From Amoebophrya sp. A120 (taxonomy: Eukaryota > Protista > Dinoflagellata): DNA of 64,000 nt. Within the stretch, counting starts at the first letter, position 1. Every line of letters begins with the position of its first letter. Under the pieces are notes generated by a model, which saw only the letters and a program-made list of their open reading frames with translations, did not search any database and was not told the DNA's origin. The translations under genes were made by a program, and so were the position numbers. Where the stretch lies: positions 2,767,373-2,831,372 of the forward strand of contig CAJINV010000009.1 of assembly GCA_905178155.1 (NCBI GenBank), given 5' to 3'. Positions 39,101 to 54,100 of this stretch are shown here, piece after piece.

Positions 39101-42100
39101 GGCATTCTCATCCCCCGCCTGCTCCTCCGTCTTCTTCTTCTCTTTTGCGGCCCACTTAAAGGGCTTCCTGTTCAGGCGTTTCGGCTGCGCATCTCCGTCC
39201 ATAAACTCGTCCCACTGTAACACGTATGGACTGCAAAAGCATCGCTTCGCACTCGTACTAATTATGCAGTACAAATCTCGGCTGTTAAGGTAAATCCGTA
39301 TTACAAATGGCATTTGGGCTGAGCTGGTTGTAGTATATTGCTAATTGCACCATTTTATTTTTATACTACTGCGATACTTTTGCGGTTCATAGCACGCGCT
39401 TCGCCAGGGCCTTTTCAAAGTAGTAGGCATCGGTCCACCCCCGATAGAAAAGCTGGCGCGCGGCCGTCATGTCTGCGCTGTCGGCGCGATCCAGCTTGCC
39501 CTCGTTGCATATATTTCTTTTCACGATTTCGATTCTGTATCCTAAGCAAAAACGTGCCCACAGCATAGTCTTCAAGTTGGAAATCTAGCAACACAAATCT
39601 CCAAGTTATTTTCGAAGCTGTGCATGACAAGTTTCCCTCTGCAGTGTAGTGCTGGTTGGCAAGGGAAGCCGTATGAGAAAGCCACTTTCTGCTCCTGTTT
39701 GCCGCATTTACAAATTCCAAAGCACCACGATGGGAAATGCCTCTCATGGAGCTGCGCATTACAAGTTCCTGTCACGATTGCGCATCTGCATGACAACTCT
39801 GGGGTAGTGATGTTTTTACTCATGATATGGTGCTAGTCTTTCCTTCCTCCACTGCTCCAGCTTGTTTGCTTTCATCTTGTATCTTTTCCTGCAGTCTCTT
39901 CATCGTGGCTTCCCCACACCGCAGGCGGAGCAATATGGAAGTGTCAGAATCGAAATTGACAAAATCGAAAAACTTGTGACGCACAAAATCGATGCCTGTC
40001 AGACCCACATTTTGTAGTCGGCGCATGGCAAATCCTCCCCGTCCTGGAAGCGAATCTGCCATGCGGTTTAGGGCAAACGAGCTGCCTTCTGTTATGCTAG
40101 TCAGCAGCCCAACACTTGACCCTTACCCGGACTACAATCCGCCTCCCTTGCATCCTCTGCAATAGAGTCGCTTTGTGCGTAGCATTTTATGCATTACAGA
40201 TCATTTCGATTTTGCCGATTTCGATCCTGACACCCCCATAAGCAACGTGTTAATCATATTCCGGTGCTCCGGAAAGTCCAGCGCCTGTAGCAGCCGCCTG
40301 CTGTCGTGCAGAATATTTTTTGGCCTCTGGAACTTCCACGCTCCCTGAGGCTCTTTGATCGTGCCACGTTCCTCCATATCAAATGTAAAAATGTCTGGGT
40401 CTGGAAGAATGCAAGATTTGTGATGCAGGTTTTCCATGTCCCATGAGGTCTGGAATGCGAGACCCAGCATGACAGATTTTTTGAGGTCTCTAGCATGCCT
40501 TACCTGCATGAGAGACTCCCTCTCAACTTGGTCAAAAGGGGACAGCTTTTGGCACTCATGCAACACAGATTTCTGAATGATTCGGATTTAGCATGACAAG
40601 TTGCAATCTTCCAGACCCAGACATTTTTGCAATCCATACTCCAGGATTCGAGACCACTTCGCGAAAATTTGCTCCAGATGAACCACTATCCTGTGCAAAA
40701 GTGTCGTACTTTTCTTAATGTAAACCCGCATTACAAACTTAAATTTTCTGCCTCATGCTGAGAGTTTACTACTGTAGGTTAAGGAAACTGTGGCGTGGTT
40801 GTCAGCTGTCCTCTCGTACCCGCAGGTGCTTCCCCAGTTGCCACCCCAGGATCACCGACATGGGACCTGACTATGTGGGGGGGGTGCAGAACGACACAGT
40901 AGTGCCGCGTCCTGTCCTACCGTCGTGGGGTCCTCATGCTGAGAGTGAGAAAATAATTTGTAATGCATTTATACGAGTACGATACTTTTGCAATGCATAG
41001 CCACTGCCTCCCCTCTCGGTCCCAGCCAGGTTGCGCTTTTCGGGTTTATGCTGAGAAAGCCGACCAGGTAGGCCACCGCTTCCCATGGCTCGAACCCGGG
41101 GGTAATGCTACTGACCAAACTGGGAAGCGTTGCCGGCTCCATGTTCCTGTCAAATGCAAAAATGTCTCGGTCTGGAAGAATGCCAGGATTGTAGTGCATA
41201 TTTTGGATGACCCATGACGCCTGTAACGCGTGCCCTAGCATCACAGATCTTTCGAGGGCTTCCTGATGCCTATTCCGCATGTCTCCACGTAGCACAAACT
41301 GGGCTCGTCCCCGTGATGGTCATGTAATACAGATTTTCATTTTTTCAGAATCCAAAGACAGCATCACAAGTTGCACTCTTGCAGACCCAGACATATTTGC
41401 AGTTCATAGTTCCGCTGCACGCGTGCTTGTCCGCGAATGCGCTGCCCTTCGCCTTGTTTTTCGGGTTCTCGTTGTATTCGACCAGACACCACCTCTCCCG
41501 GCGCGGTTCCCTCCGTCGCCTGGAGCTGCTTGTATATCCGCTGTCCCGGCAGGGGCTCACCGAAGTCGTTCCAGTACGTTTTCCCTTCTTGTGGGCGGTC
41601 TGCACGATCTGCATCTGGTGATGCTGCAGGAGCTCCTTCGGTTTTTAGCACTCCTGCCACCTCGTAGTTTCTCAAGCTGTCATACTTCACCTGCGGCGTT
41701 GACTTTGTGACTCCACCTGCTGCTGGCTCTACTTGTGTTGCGGCAGACTCGGAGTCTTTGAGAGCCAAAATCACGCCCGTCAGGTAGTCAAAGTGAGCCG
41801 GAAGGGGCTCCAGGTTATAACCCGCTCAGGTGTTACAATCTCAAACGTTACAATAGAATATGGAAATCTGTGATGCAAAAGGGCATGATCTAGCCACCTC
41901 TCATAGTATTGCGCATGACAGGTTCTGGAGTCCCAATCCGCACTACAATCTGGCGAAATTTGTATTGCAGAAAGTGGAATGCTCTCCGAGTCTGTCATGT
42001 TCACCATGCAAGACAAATCTCAGATTCTATTGTAACGTTTGAGATTGTAACGTTTGAGCAGGTCATACAGGTGCAGAAGAGCTCCTTCTGGACTTGCAGG

Positions 42101-45100
42101 GCTGGCCTCCTCCTTGCAAGTCAGCCACCGGTGCAGGGGATGGAGCCGGTCGCTCTCAATGCTCTTCCAAAGTTTCTCCAAAGGCAAAGCACCTTTCGTA
42201 GCCGCGTCTTGACTGCTGGTAGTGCTCGTGTCGTAAACAAACAGCTTGCCCTTCTTCGTCGGATGCAGCCGGAGACTGCACCACTCGATGTATCCAAGAA
42301 AAAAAAGCTGTTAGTGTAAATTTGTGATGCGCAACATTCAAGCTGATTGCGTCTGTCATGCTTGGCGTGCATCGTAGGGCTCGTTAAAGGGCGTTTTCCC
42401 GTAGTATCTACTGCGCATGACAGGTTTTTGCTGTCATGCGAGAGACATTTGTCATGCTAATCCTCCAAGAAAGTTACACTTACAATGTTTTTTTCGTGGA
42501 TACGATGGCCCTTCTTGCTATTGCCTCTTTTTCTTCAGCGTTTTTCGGATCGGTAACGGAAGGCCATGGAAGCTGCCCGCAAACGGTATGGAATTCTCTC
42601 AATCGTTACAGCCCTCTTAGCTGTTAAGTACATGAAGTTGCAAATGCAATCATGCAAGAATTATAGCAAAACAGCGCAAAACCAAAGGGAGGAGGACGAT
42701 TTTTGCATTGTAGCTTTCGCAAAACAAATCTGGTACAGATTCCGAGTCCTGCGAGTATTTGCCATGCGAAGCAGCTTGATCTTCATCTGGTTGTTAGGTT
42801 TATTAATCTTTCGAAATGTTTGCATTGCAAATTCAGGTAAACAATTCTTGAGTGAATGTAATTCATTTGAGAATCCCATAAATGGTATGCATCAAGTTGG
42901 GATCAAAAAGCTTCAGCACGCTTTCAGCAACCTTCTCATCGGAGGTCCTCTATCAAGTGCACATATTTCTGGGTCGTCTGGAAGATTGCAAGACTTGTCA
43001 CGCAGGTTTGGCATGTTGACCCAGGAGGTCGTCGGTCTGGACTGCTGGTGCGAGCGGGGGAAGCATCACAAATTTTTATGAAACTCCTCAATGCCTATCC
43101 TCCATGAGAAATGCCGGCTTCGCGTGTTCATCAAAATTGGACGTGTAGTATGTCGTGCTCATGCAATACAGGCTCTCGAGGCTGCTCCTCGTTCTTGACC
43201 TAGCATGATCTTCACAAACTCCCTTGCTTCCAGAGACCCAGATATAATATTTGCGGTTGATATCACCACCACAAAGGCGATTCCGGAGCTGCGCTCGATA
43301 GCCTCCTGCACTATCCTGTGCAAAAGTATCGCATTCGCAGCAATTCTATATTGCCGTCATGCATTACGAACTTTTTTCTTAAAGTAGAACCGCATTACAA
43401 ATTTCATTTCTCATGCTGAGAAAATTTGTAATGCATCTATACGAGTACGGTACTTTTGCAATTCATATGCACCGGATCCGAGCCAAACAGATGCTGCATG
43501 TCCTTGATGACCTTCTCGGCCTGGAGGATGGCTGAGGGTGGGTGTCCTGACGCGCTCGGGCCTATCCTACGAAAAAACTGCTTCACTGTGATGATTTTGC
43601 AAGATCTGCATCGCAAATTTGTTACACATGACACTGAAAATTTGTCATGCGCACTTCCCAAGGGAAAACACGCTGGAAAATCCAACGCCTTGCAGGTGTA
43701 GCAAGACAAATAGTTCTCTGTTCCATTTTCTGCATCACAAGTTCACAGTGAAACAGTTTTTTCTTGCGATAATGCCACTCGTTGCGTCAATCAGAATCCG
43801 GGCGGTTGAGGAAGGCAAGTCCGTCTCGCAATGCCCGCCGGCACTCTGACCCGCGGTGAAGAAGTTGAGGTCGCGCAACCCACTAGTGATCATTTTCATG
43901 ATCGTGTCCTTCTGCTTCTGCTCTTTCCCAAAGTTACACAAGGCCCTATTTGCCCCTACTTCGGTACGTTCGTCCTTCACCGGACCAGTTTTACTACTAT
44001 TGATGAGCTCGCACAACTTGGCCTTGTTCTTGTCATCCTTGGCGAAAAATTCGCGGTAAATCATTTCAGCTCGGCCTCCTACCAATTCCTCGACGAGTTG
44101 AGGGTCTTTCGGCTCGACCTGGAGGTTGCTCCACGTAAAAGGGTCGATTACCGCTTCCGCGTCCGAGTCGAGCAACCTATCAGCTGCGAAAATGTCAGTC
44201 TGGGTCTGGAAACTTGTAATGCTAAAAGTGGATGATAGCCGAACTGCAATACGCAGCCAGGCATGACAAATTTTTGAGCTGCTATGTGTTGCGTATTCCG
44301 CATGAGAAACAACGTCTTTACATGACAGATAGGAGAGCCTTTTCGTGCCCATGCATCACAGAGTCTCGAGTCATGTCAGACATGCATGACAAATGTAAGA
44401 ATCTTCCAGATGACCCAGGCATTTTTGCAATCCATACAACCCAAGTATGTACCACGCAGCCGCTTCGGGTGTCAACCTCGGCTGTGTAATCTCAGGCAAC
44501 AGGCGACGTATCGCGGCCTTGCTTTCACGCAAGCCGTGGAAGAAATTGTACCGACTACTAGAAGTAGTACCTCCGCTCGTCTCCTCTTTACTCTGCTGGT
44601 CCAGAAGACCCAAAAGCGGTCCTGGTGGTGTTTTTTCTCCATCCTCTACAAGAAAAGCCCGGCGCAAAATAGCGCCTATCGGATACGACCACGGATCGCC
44701 TTCTTTATCATGATCGGCAGCACGTGGGGGCTGCCGTGGAATGGGGCGCGCGTCTTCGTGGATAGGGTGGGGTCGTACGTCAGGCGGAGACTCCCGACCC
44801 GGATTCGCAGGTGGCGCGAGCAGCAACTCGAGGGCCTCCTCATTCTTGCACACATGTGCCCCCACCACGAATGGCTCCCTCTCGGTGGGTATGCACTGCA
44901 AATATTATATATGTCTGGGTCATCTGGAAAAATGCAACTTTGTGTTTGTCTTGCCTGGGGGCTAGCATGACTCTCAAGTCTGTCGGGCGGCACGTTTTTT
45001 TCCAAAAACCACCGCTTTCTGTCATCATGCAAAAACGCAGTTTGTCATGCTGGATTATAGACAACGCCTAGCAACTCGAAAATTTGTCATGCTGAGCCGC

Positions 45101-48100
45101 CATTTACTGTGGTGTCCTCATGATTCGCCGGCCAGCATCACAAGTTTCCGGACCCAGGAGACATGTTTGGAATGCATAGTGTGCGTGATCCAGGGGACGA
45201 TTGAGGGCAGAAAAGTTTGCTCCTCATACCCGAAGACGTCGTCCAGCAGAATTGCCGCCTCATGCACAGGACGTGCCCTGGTTGTGCTTTTAATTTCGTC
45301 TTGTCCAGCAGTGGCCGCGGCGGGCTCCTTCCTTTCCCTTGTCAAAGACGCCGGCCTATCAAATGCAAAAGTGTCTGGGTCTGGAAGAGTGCCAGACTTG
45401 TCACGCAGGTTTTCCATGACCCATGAGGTCCGGTATGTAGGACATAGCATGAAAGATTATGTGAGAGTTCTATCATGCCTATCCTGCATGAGAAACTGCC
45501 TCTCGATTAGGTCAAGAGTGGACAGTTTTTGGTATATCATGCAACTACACAGGTTTTTAATTTTACATCTTTCAGATTTAGCATGACAAGTTGCTTTGTT
45601 CCAGACCGCCCAGACATATTTGCACTTGATACGGCCAGAGGTCGTACAAAATGTACACGTTTCCAAACCCCTCGTTCGCGGGTGTGATCATGCTGCCCAA
45701 AGCTCGCACCTGCAATTGCAAAAACGGCGTGTCTTCAACATTCATAAACTTTCCTTTGCTATCAAACTTCTCTACGTGCCACTGTTGCCCTAGCGCTCGG
45801 GTCCACTGCTCTTTGGCTTTTGTAGAGCCCTGCTGCGTATCGAATGCAAAAGCATCGTACTCGTACACGTACTAATTGCATTTATGCATTACAAATCTTT
45901 TTCTCGAAGGTAAATGTACTTAAATCAGCATTGCAAATTTGATTTGTAATGCTGAGGAAGTTTGTATATGCATTTATACGAGTACGATACTTTTGCACAG
46001 GATACTGTGCCTGGACGTGTCGTAAAGAGAAAAGTCTACCGCGCTTGGACCGTCGGGTGAGGGCCTGATCAAATAATTCGCGGCTGCCAATTCTTCGATT
46101 GACTGGATCAAAAGCACCTGCTGTGCGTGCGTCCAGCGGCATGATAACATTAGTGCGGTCCGGTATGAAGACCTGCTCAAGCGTTACAACCTCAAACGTT
46201 GCTGCAATAGACTCTGGATTTTTTCTTGCTTGAGGAGCATGACAGACTCGCAGAGCGTTCCAGCACTTTCTCCAATACAAATTTCGCTAGATTCTGCTGC
46301 GGTTATTTCGGACTCCAGAACTTGTCATGCGCAATGCTGTGAAAGTAGGCTACTTCTTACCTTAGATCATGCACTTCTTGCATCACATCGGAGGTCTATT
46401 CTAAGGGCAGCAGTTCTTGCATCACAGATTGCCATAATCTGTTCGTAACGTTGGAGAGTGTAACATTTGAGCAAGTCATATCCTCCTCACCTGTACTCGA
46501 TCCACCTCCCACGCAAGCTGTCCTATCCGGGTCGGGCTCGCCTCCCGGTGGAGCACCGGGCCCGCCTTTCGGTGGAGGAGCACGATCCAGCACGTATTTT
46601 CCCTTTATCGTCACGCCCGTCTTGCTTGTCACGTAAACCTCGCCCGGGGGGCGGGCCACTAGGCGCAGGTCGAGCTTGCCGGGGGGAAACACGCGGGCCG
46701 CCCAAAATGCCGACTTTCGGGACGAGGTGAGGATCATAAGCTGCCAAAGGGGGCGGACCCGCAGAAAGGCATTCGAGATGTAGGACTGATACAAGTTTTC
46801 GTGCGCCCAGTTTTCGCCTTCGTGCTGGAAATCTTCTTTTAAGAAAAACAGCAAAGCATCAAGGGACCGGTCGGCCTCCTCCTGGGCTTCCGGACCAGAG
46901 TCGGCGCTGGTAGCGTCGAGCACTATCCTTCCGCGGTTCGGTCGGGGCCGCTCGTGCTTGTCCTTCCTGCCGTTCATGACCAACTGGACCAGCTCGTAGT
47001 GCTCGTCTTTGTTGAACTTCGACTCTTGCGTCATCACAAGCTTAGCGGTTTTCTCTGTGCTGTCGGTCCACTTCTTCTTTTCGTCTTCGAGCCGAGCCGC
47101 GCGGCCCTTTTCACCTTCTCCACGCCGTTCGCCATCACGCCACGAAAACTCCTGTCGATCGGTGAAGCCCCGCCACCGCAGCAGCTTCGCGGCGGGAGAG
47201 GTGTCACCCACTTGCAGGGCTCGTTTCGGAGGACTTCCTTGGGTCGTGGAAGAAAATTCTCTAGTATTGAGGACGGGAAACAGTCCCTGTTTGCATACCT
47301 TGTCGAAATAGCTGAGCTATTATCTGCAAATATGTCTGGGTCTGGAAGGTTGCGGGAACTTCTGATGCTAAATCTGAATCATGCAAAAATCTGCGCTGCA
47401 TGATTACCAAAAGCTGTCCACATGTGACCTAATCGAGACGCAGTTTCTCTTTCTCACGCAGAATAGGCATCATAGAACTATCAACACAGAATCTGTCATG
47501 CTAATATGCCCTACATACTAGACCTCATGGGTCATGGAAAACCTGCATGACAAACCTAGCCATCCTCCAGACCCGAACACATTTGCATTTGATATGAACG
47601 CGTCCGGATTCAGCATCGCTTTCATGCATCTATCGACCCAGGCTCTTTGCTATCCTGTGCAAAAGAAGTATCGCACTCGTATTAATTGGAGTTATGCATG
47701 ACAAATTTCCTTTCCAAGGTAAAACAGCATGACAAATTCAATGCTTGATGCTCAGAAAATTTGTAATGCAATTTATACTAGTGCGATGCTTTTGCAATGC
47801 ATATTTGCCACTGGCTGCGGTGGAAAAACCCGGTCAGGTAGGCGGCTGCCTCCCAGGCCTGCAATCCGAGACTTTCTCTTTCACTTCGCGGCGCCGGTGG
47901 CGCATCTTCCGGAATTTCATCTGTGTTGGCTCCTCGTCCTACTTCGTTCGCACCACCTCGTAACATTGACGGTAGAAGAACTTCCGAAACGAAGCTAGTA
48001 GGCTATTGTGAGGAAAAATCCCCCTTCCCCATATTGAAAAGGTATGTTTCCGAAAATTTGCGTTGCTGATTTGTGTCCGCAAATTGTCTTGCAAGAAGAC

Positions 48101-51100
48101 AAGTGCAGAGGCATCCGGCCAATTGTGGAAGCGATTTGGCATGCTGTTGGTCGTAGAGGGTAGCCGTTTGCAATGCTGAACAGCTAGACCTGAGCGCTCC
48201 AATCTAGGCTGCGGGTGCGGATCTGGCCGCAGTGCCTTACTGCAAGACAAGTCGGATTTGTGGACGCAAATCCAGCGTCAGAAATTTCGTTTTGATGTGG
48301 GGAGGGGGGATTTATTCTCTTCATTTTGATATAGGCGCCTCGGTGTTCACGTTGACCCGCGAAGCTTTAGTATCGCAGGAAAAAACTGTTTTACTGTGAA
48401 CCTGTGATGCAGAAAATGGAACCCAGGACTATTTGTCTTGCTACACCTGCAAGGCGTTGGATTTTCCAGCGTGTTTTCCCTTGGGAGGTGCGCATGACAA
48501 ATTTATTTCAGTGTCATGTGTAACAAATTTGCAATGCAGATCTTGCAAAATCCTCACAGTGAAACAGTTTTTTCCCGTGATATTTGGGAAACAGCGAATA
48601 CTCGCGGACCGTGCGGAACTGCGGCTGCCAATCCTGAGCCTGCCAATCCTGGGTCTGCGCCGCCTCGGCCTGTTCTTTTTTCAAGTATGTGTAGCGGAGT
48701 CCTCGTCCGTCCTCGTTGTTCGACGTCAACCGCGTCAACTGCATATACTCCTGACGCACCGTATTGAGAGGAAAGCCCCCCCCTCCCCATACCAAAAAGG
48801 GGCAGCACTTCTGAAAATTTGCGATGCTGACTAGTGGCCGCAAATCGTCTCCGTATTGCGAGAAGGCGAATCCAGACACTCCGCCGCGTTTTGCAGGCAG
48901 TTTGTAATGCTGTGTGGCCTACAGAGGACGCGCCTGCCTTGCTAGGCGCCTACACGAAAGCACCCTGCTCGGACTTTATATCTGCACGCAGTCCTTCACT
49001 GCAAGACAAATCCGATTTGTGTACACAAATCCAGCGCCACAGATTTGCTTTGCGATATGGGGAGAGGGATTTTTCCTTTTGATACACCGTTTCTCCCAGC
49101 CGCGACTTCCCTATAGGAGTGTCAGAATCGAAATTGACAAAGTCGAAAAATTTGTGATGCACAGAATCGATGGCAGTTGGAGCCTCAGTTTTCAAGTGGC
49201 GCATGACAAATTTCAGGAGCACCAAATTTCAGTTTTTGTCATGCTACTCTGGCAGCACATTGCATACAATCGGTCTCATATGCCTGCTCCCCAATACAGG
49301 CCTTCAGTGCTCTACATTTTATGCATCACAAATTTTTCGATTTTCTCGATTTCAATCCTGACACTTCCATATTCCCGAGCGGCAAAATAATCCCGTCGTG
49401 ATAGTCGAAGCCGTAGACGAGCTCACCAACGCCCTTGTCCTTGTCCGTATCACCATTTTCGGTGTGATCGGCAAGGCGCATAGGTATCTTGCCTCCCACA
49501 AACTGTCGATCGTAGCCCTCCACGCCTCGCACCCACTGTCGGACATACGACAGCACCTCTTGCTTGTAGGAGGAACTACCAGCAGGACCCGCCGGCTCGT
49601 CGTAGACTATGCGCACCTTTTTATCCTATGTAAAAACATCGCCCCCGCACCAGAGTCAAGATGGGAAATCTGCTAGACAAATCACTGAGCTTTGGTTATT
49701 TCGCATGACAAATTTCGCCCCGTAGTGTAGTCGTCTTTTAGCTAGTTCAGCAGCAGCATCACAGATCTAGCATATCATTCTGGTTCTAGCATCAAAAATT
49801 CCAAACCACGACTAGAAAATGTTTCTCATGAGGCTCCGCATGAGAGACCTTTTTGGATTTGGCATGCAGATTTGCATGATAACTCTGGGCTGGGGACGTT
49901 TTTGCTCAGGATACTTTTCGCCGAGCTTTTCCGCCAGCTCGCCGGTAAAAGTGCAAACCTTATCGAAAGGAAAAACTCCCCCGCCTCCCCATATTGAAAA
50001 GGTATGTTTCCGAGAATTTGCGTTGCTGATTTGTGCTGGCCACAAATCACGTTTGGCTTGCAAGAAGACAAGGGCAGTAGCTGCGTCCCAGTATGGAGCA
50101 GGCGACTTGTCACGCTGTTGGGCGGCTTAAAGGGCAGCCGTTTCCAATGCTGAACAACTAGACCCAGACGCCCCTACCTAGGCTGGAGATTGATCTGGCC
50201 GCAGTCTTGCCTTCCTGCAATACAAAGCGTATTTGTGTACACAAATCCAGCATCAGAAGTTCCGTTTTCGTTTTGATATTATGGGGAGGAAGGATTTTTC
50301 CTTTCGATAAACCTCAAAGGTTCCCCATCTCTTCAGCTTAAGTTTCTCCGACGACGAGGCGTCCGGGTATCAAATGCAAAAATGTTTGGGTCTGGAACTT
50401 TGCTAGACTTGTCATGCAGGTTTTCCATGCCCCATATGATCTGTAATGGAGAACCTCGCATGACAGATCCGTGAGATCACTATCATGCCTATCCTGCATG
50501 ACAAACTTCCTCTCAACTTGATCAAAAGCGGACAGCATTTGGTAATCATGCAACACAGATTTTTGCATGATTCAGATTTAGCATGACAAGTTCCAACCTT
50601 CCAGACCCAGACACATTTGCATTTGATACCGGGTCCATCTTCACGAACCGCGGGCCGCAAACCGCGTTGTAAGCTCTCCGAAAATTCTTCATGTTGTCCG
50701 CAGCTGCCGGGCTGACTTCAGTGCTCGAGCTCGACGCGAGTGTGGTACTAGCGGGATCGTTGTCAAAGGCGGCCAACGCGTACCGGGCAGCCTCGGCGTC
50801 CCCAGACAAAAGCAATAGCTCCACCGGATGAGGCGTCCCAAAGTAGAACTCCGACCGCAGCCCCCCGAGGAGGTTTAAAAGGCGTCGGACGCCAGCCTCG
50901 CGGATTTTCTTGTCGGACGAGGGCGCCGGGTCGTTGATGGGAGAGAGCTCCATGACGATTCTCGCTGGTCGTCTCTGGAATGCGAAATCTTTGTTATGTC
51001 GTTCCCGATATGAACTGCAAAAGTGTCTGGGTCTGGAAGATTAGGACTTGTCATGCTAAATCTCAATGATGCAAAAATCTGTGTTGCGTGAGTGCCAAAA

Positions 51101-54100
51101 GCTGTCCGCCTTTGACCAAGTTGCGGGGGAGTTTCTCATGCACGAAAGGCATGATAGAGACCTCAAAAAATCTGTCGTGCTGGGTCTCGCATTCCAGACC
51201 TCGTGGGTCATGGAAAACCTGCATCACAAATCTTGCATTCTTCCAGACCCAGACATTTTTACATTTGATACCCGATCGTACGCGCCCCGGTTAGTCCAGT
51301 ACTTTTGCCACTCTTCGTCAGCTTCAGCTGGGTCAATTTCAACAAATATCACAATTAAAAATCTTCCCTCCCTCGACGTCCCCATATTCAACACAAACAC
51401 AAATCGCCTGGGCGATTTGTGTAATTCCGCTTACACAAATCGAATTGTCCGCAAAATAGGACGTGCGTGCGCGGTCTCTCTGGCATTTACACCTTCCTAG
51501 CAAGAACGCAATGTTCAATTTGTGCTGTAGTACGCAAATCGCGCATGATCGCAACCGCAAGTCCTCTCTTCATATGAAGAGGGTAAGGGCGGAACATTTT
51601 TCCTTGCGATAAGGAGATCTAGATACTTCTCCCCTCCAAGCTGTATTATCGCGTCCCACGTTTTGCTCGTCAGAAAGCCCAAAAGGTAACACTGGGCCTC
51701 CCAATACTGGAACCCGGGCCCGAAAGGGCCAAGAACGCTTGTGTGTCTATCTGATGCAGGAAGATCCCGCGACACCACCGGTTCTTGGGCCTTTCCCTTG
51801 AAATCGTCGTACATTGCTTTTTTCTTGGACATGTCCGGGGGAAACTGCAGCTGGTCAGGTAGCCTAAGGCCAAATCGACTGACTCGCGGAATGCCGCCCA
51901 GTGTAGCAAAGGCGCTCATTGCCAAATAACTATGTGTGGGACTGCAATCTCCAAGTACTAGCCTCCTCACCTCTCCGTCCGGGTACTCAACGACAGCGTC
52001 TTTGAGGTTCGCCGCCGCGGATAGCTCCCGATCCTTGCAAAACTGCTCAGTGGTAAGGTCAGGCCCCTCCTGTCGGTCGCTGCTCTCGCCATCCTGCATT
52101 CTGGTCAGCTCGTGCGTAGTATCAAAATGAAAAATCCCCCCTCACCATATCGCAAACGAAATTTAAATTGGTGTATTTGAGTACACAAATCTTCACACTT
52201 GTCTTGCGGTAAAGGACTGCACGCAGATCGTAAGCCTAAGGGGGGGCCTCTTGGTGTAGGGGCCTAGCATGGCAAACGTCTGCCCTATAGGCCTTGCAGC
52301 ATGATCATTACACATCGCGCCTGTATAATATCGTGGCGGAGTCTCTGAGTTTGCCCTTTTCTTTGCAAGAGCGACAGGATATGTGGTCACAAATCAGCAT
52401 CGCAAATTTTTAGAAACATACCTTTTCAGTATGGGGAGGCGGGATTTTTCCTTTTAATACGTGGAGAGCGGCAGAATGACGCCGGGGAGGAAGGCTCCGG
52501 CTCCGCTCGCGGGTTGCCCCTGACTTTCATCTGCGACGGCCGGGTGATCACCTGAAGGAGGAGGAGTTGGAGTTGCTGGGCGCGGACCTTTTGGATATCC
52601 TGCGAACCCTATGACAGTGCACAGCTCCCCCTCGTGGTCCCCCTCATTTGTATATTAGCATGAACGGCAATACAAGCAGCAGCAAGAGAAACAAAAACAA
52701 GAGTGCCGGTTTTGCATGACAAAGACAAATTTGCGTTGGATCGTAGGACTATCTTTTGGGCTACCAAAACTTGTCATGCAAACAGTGCCCAGAGACAAAG
52801 GGTGGATATGGGTATTTTGCATGACGAATTTTTTTGAGGGGGAGGGGGAGTAGTTGTGCACTGTCAACATAGATCCGGCGCTGCCCTGCCAGCGCAGCTT
52901 GAACCCTTCTATCCACTCCGGCTTCGCAGTATCAAATGTAAAAGTGTCTGGGTCTGGAAGAATCCTCCAACTTGTCATGCTAAATCTGAATGATGCAAAA
53001 ATCTGTGTTGCGTGAGTGCCAAAAGCTGTCCACTTTTGACCAAGTTGAGAGGGAGTTTCTCATGCAGGAAAGGCATGATAGAGACCTCAGAGAATCTGTC
53101 ATGCTAGGTCCTGCATTCCAGACCTCATGGGCCATGGAAAAGCTGCGTGACAAATCGCGCACTCTTCCAGACCGCCCAGACATTTTTACATTTGATACGC
53201 AGGTTCCTCGACGTCATCGGGCTTGGCGGGAGGTTCTACTTCCTGAACCCGAGGGGGAGCAACCGAGTTATCAAATGCAAATATGTCAATGTCTGGGCTT
53301 GGAAGTAGAGTCACGCTGTACTTTTTGCAGGACACAGAAGGGCGGGCATGGAAGCTGTAGCATCACAGGTTTATTCGAGAAGCTTCCGCAATGCAGAATG
53401 AATTATCCGCATGGCAAAAATAAATCACCCATTTTGGTGACAAATAAAAGTGGGCAACGTTTGATGCTGCCTATGCATGAGATGAGATTTGTATGTGTTG
53501 TGAAATGCGCTTGCGCAGCACCAGTTTGCATTCTTCCAGACCCAGACATATTTGCAATGCATACGAGTTGTCTTCGTGCAACGACTATAAATTGCAAAAG
53601 TGTGATCGTACTCGTACTAATCGCAAGCATGACTCTTTTCCAAGGTATTACATCCGAGTTACAAACTTTGTAGTTTCTCATGCCATTTGTACTAGTGCGA
53701 TGCTTTATTTTATTGAGAGGAAAAATCCCCCCTCCCCATATTGCAAACGCATTCGTCTGAAAATTTGCGACGCAGATTTGAGGTCGCAAATCCTGTCTGT
53801 CTTGCAAGAAGGCAAAGCCAGAGAGTCCGCCGCGTTATGCCGGCGGTTTGTGATGCTGTTGGGCTTACAGAGCCGACATCTGGCATGCTGGTCCCCTACG
53901 TCAAAACCTCTCGACCCAGGCTTGGCATATGCCTGCAGTCCTCTCCAGCAAGATAGACCTGATTTGTGTACGCAAATCCAGTATCAGAAACTTCGTTTCG
54001 ATATGGCGAGGGGGGATTTTTCCCGTTGATATATTTGCTGTTCATAACAACCACTCCAGGACGTGCTCCAGTCTATGGAGCTGTCAGGTTTGAAATCGTC

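Noticed and set aside
51066-53673. Recurrent small ORFs (MMQKSVLRECQKLS..., KMSGSGR, CKNVWVWK, LPDPDIF)
   Set aside because: These are incidental translations of family-A element DNA in all frames and strands, with frequent indels and stops between copies.
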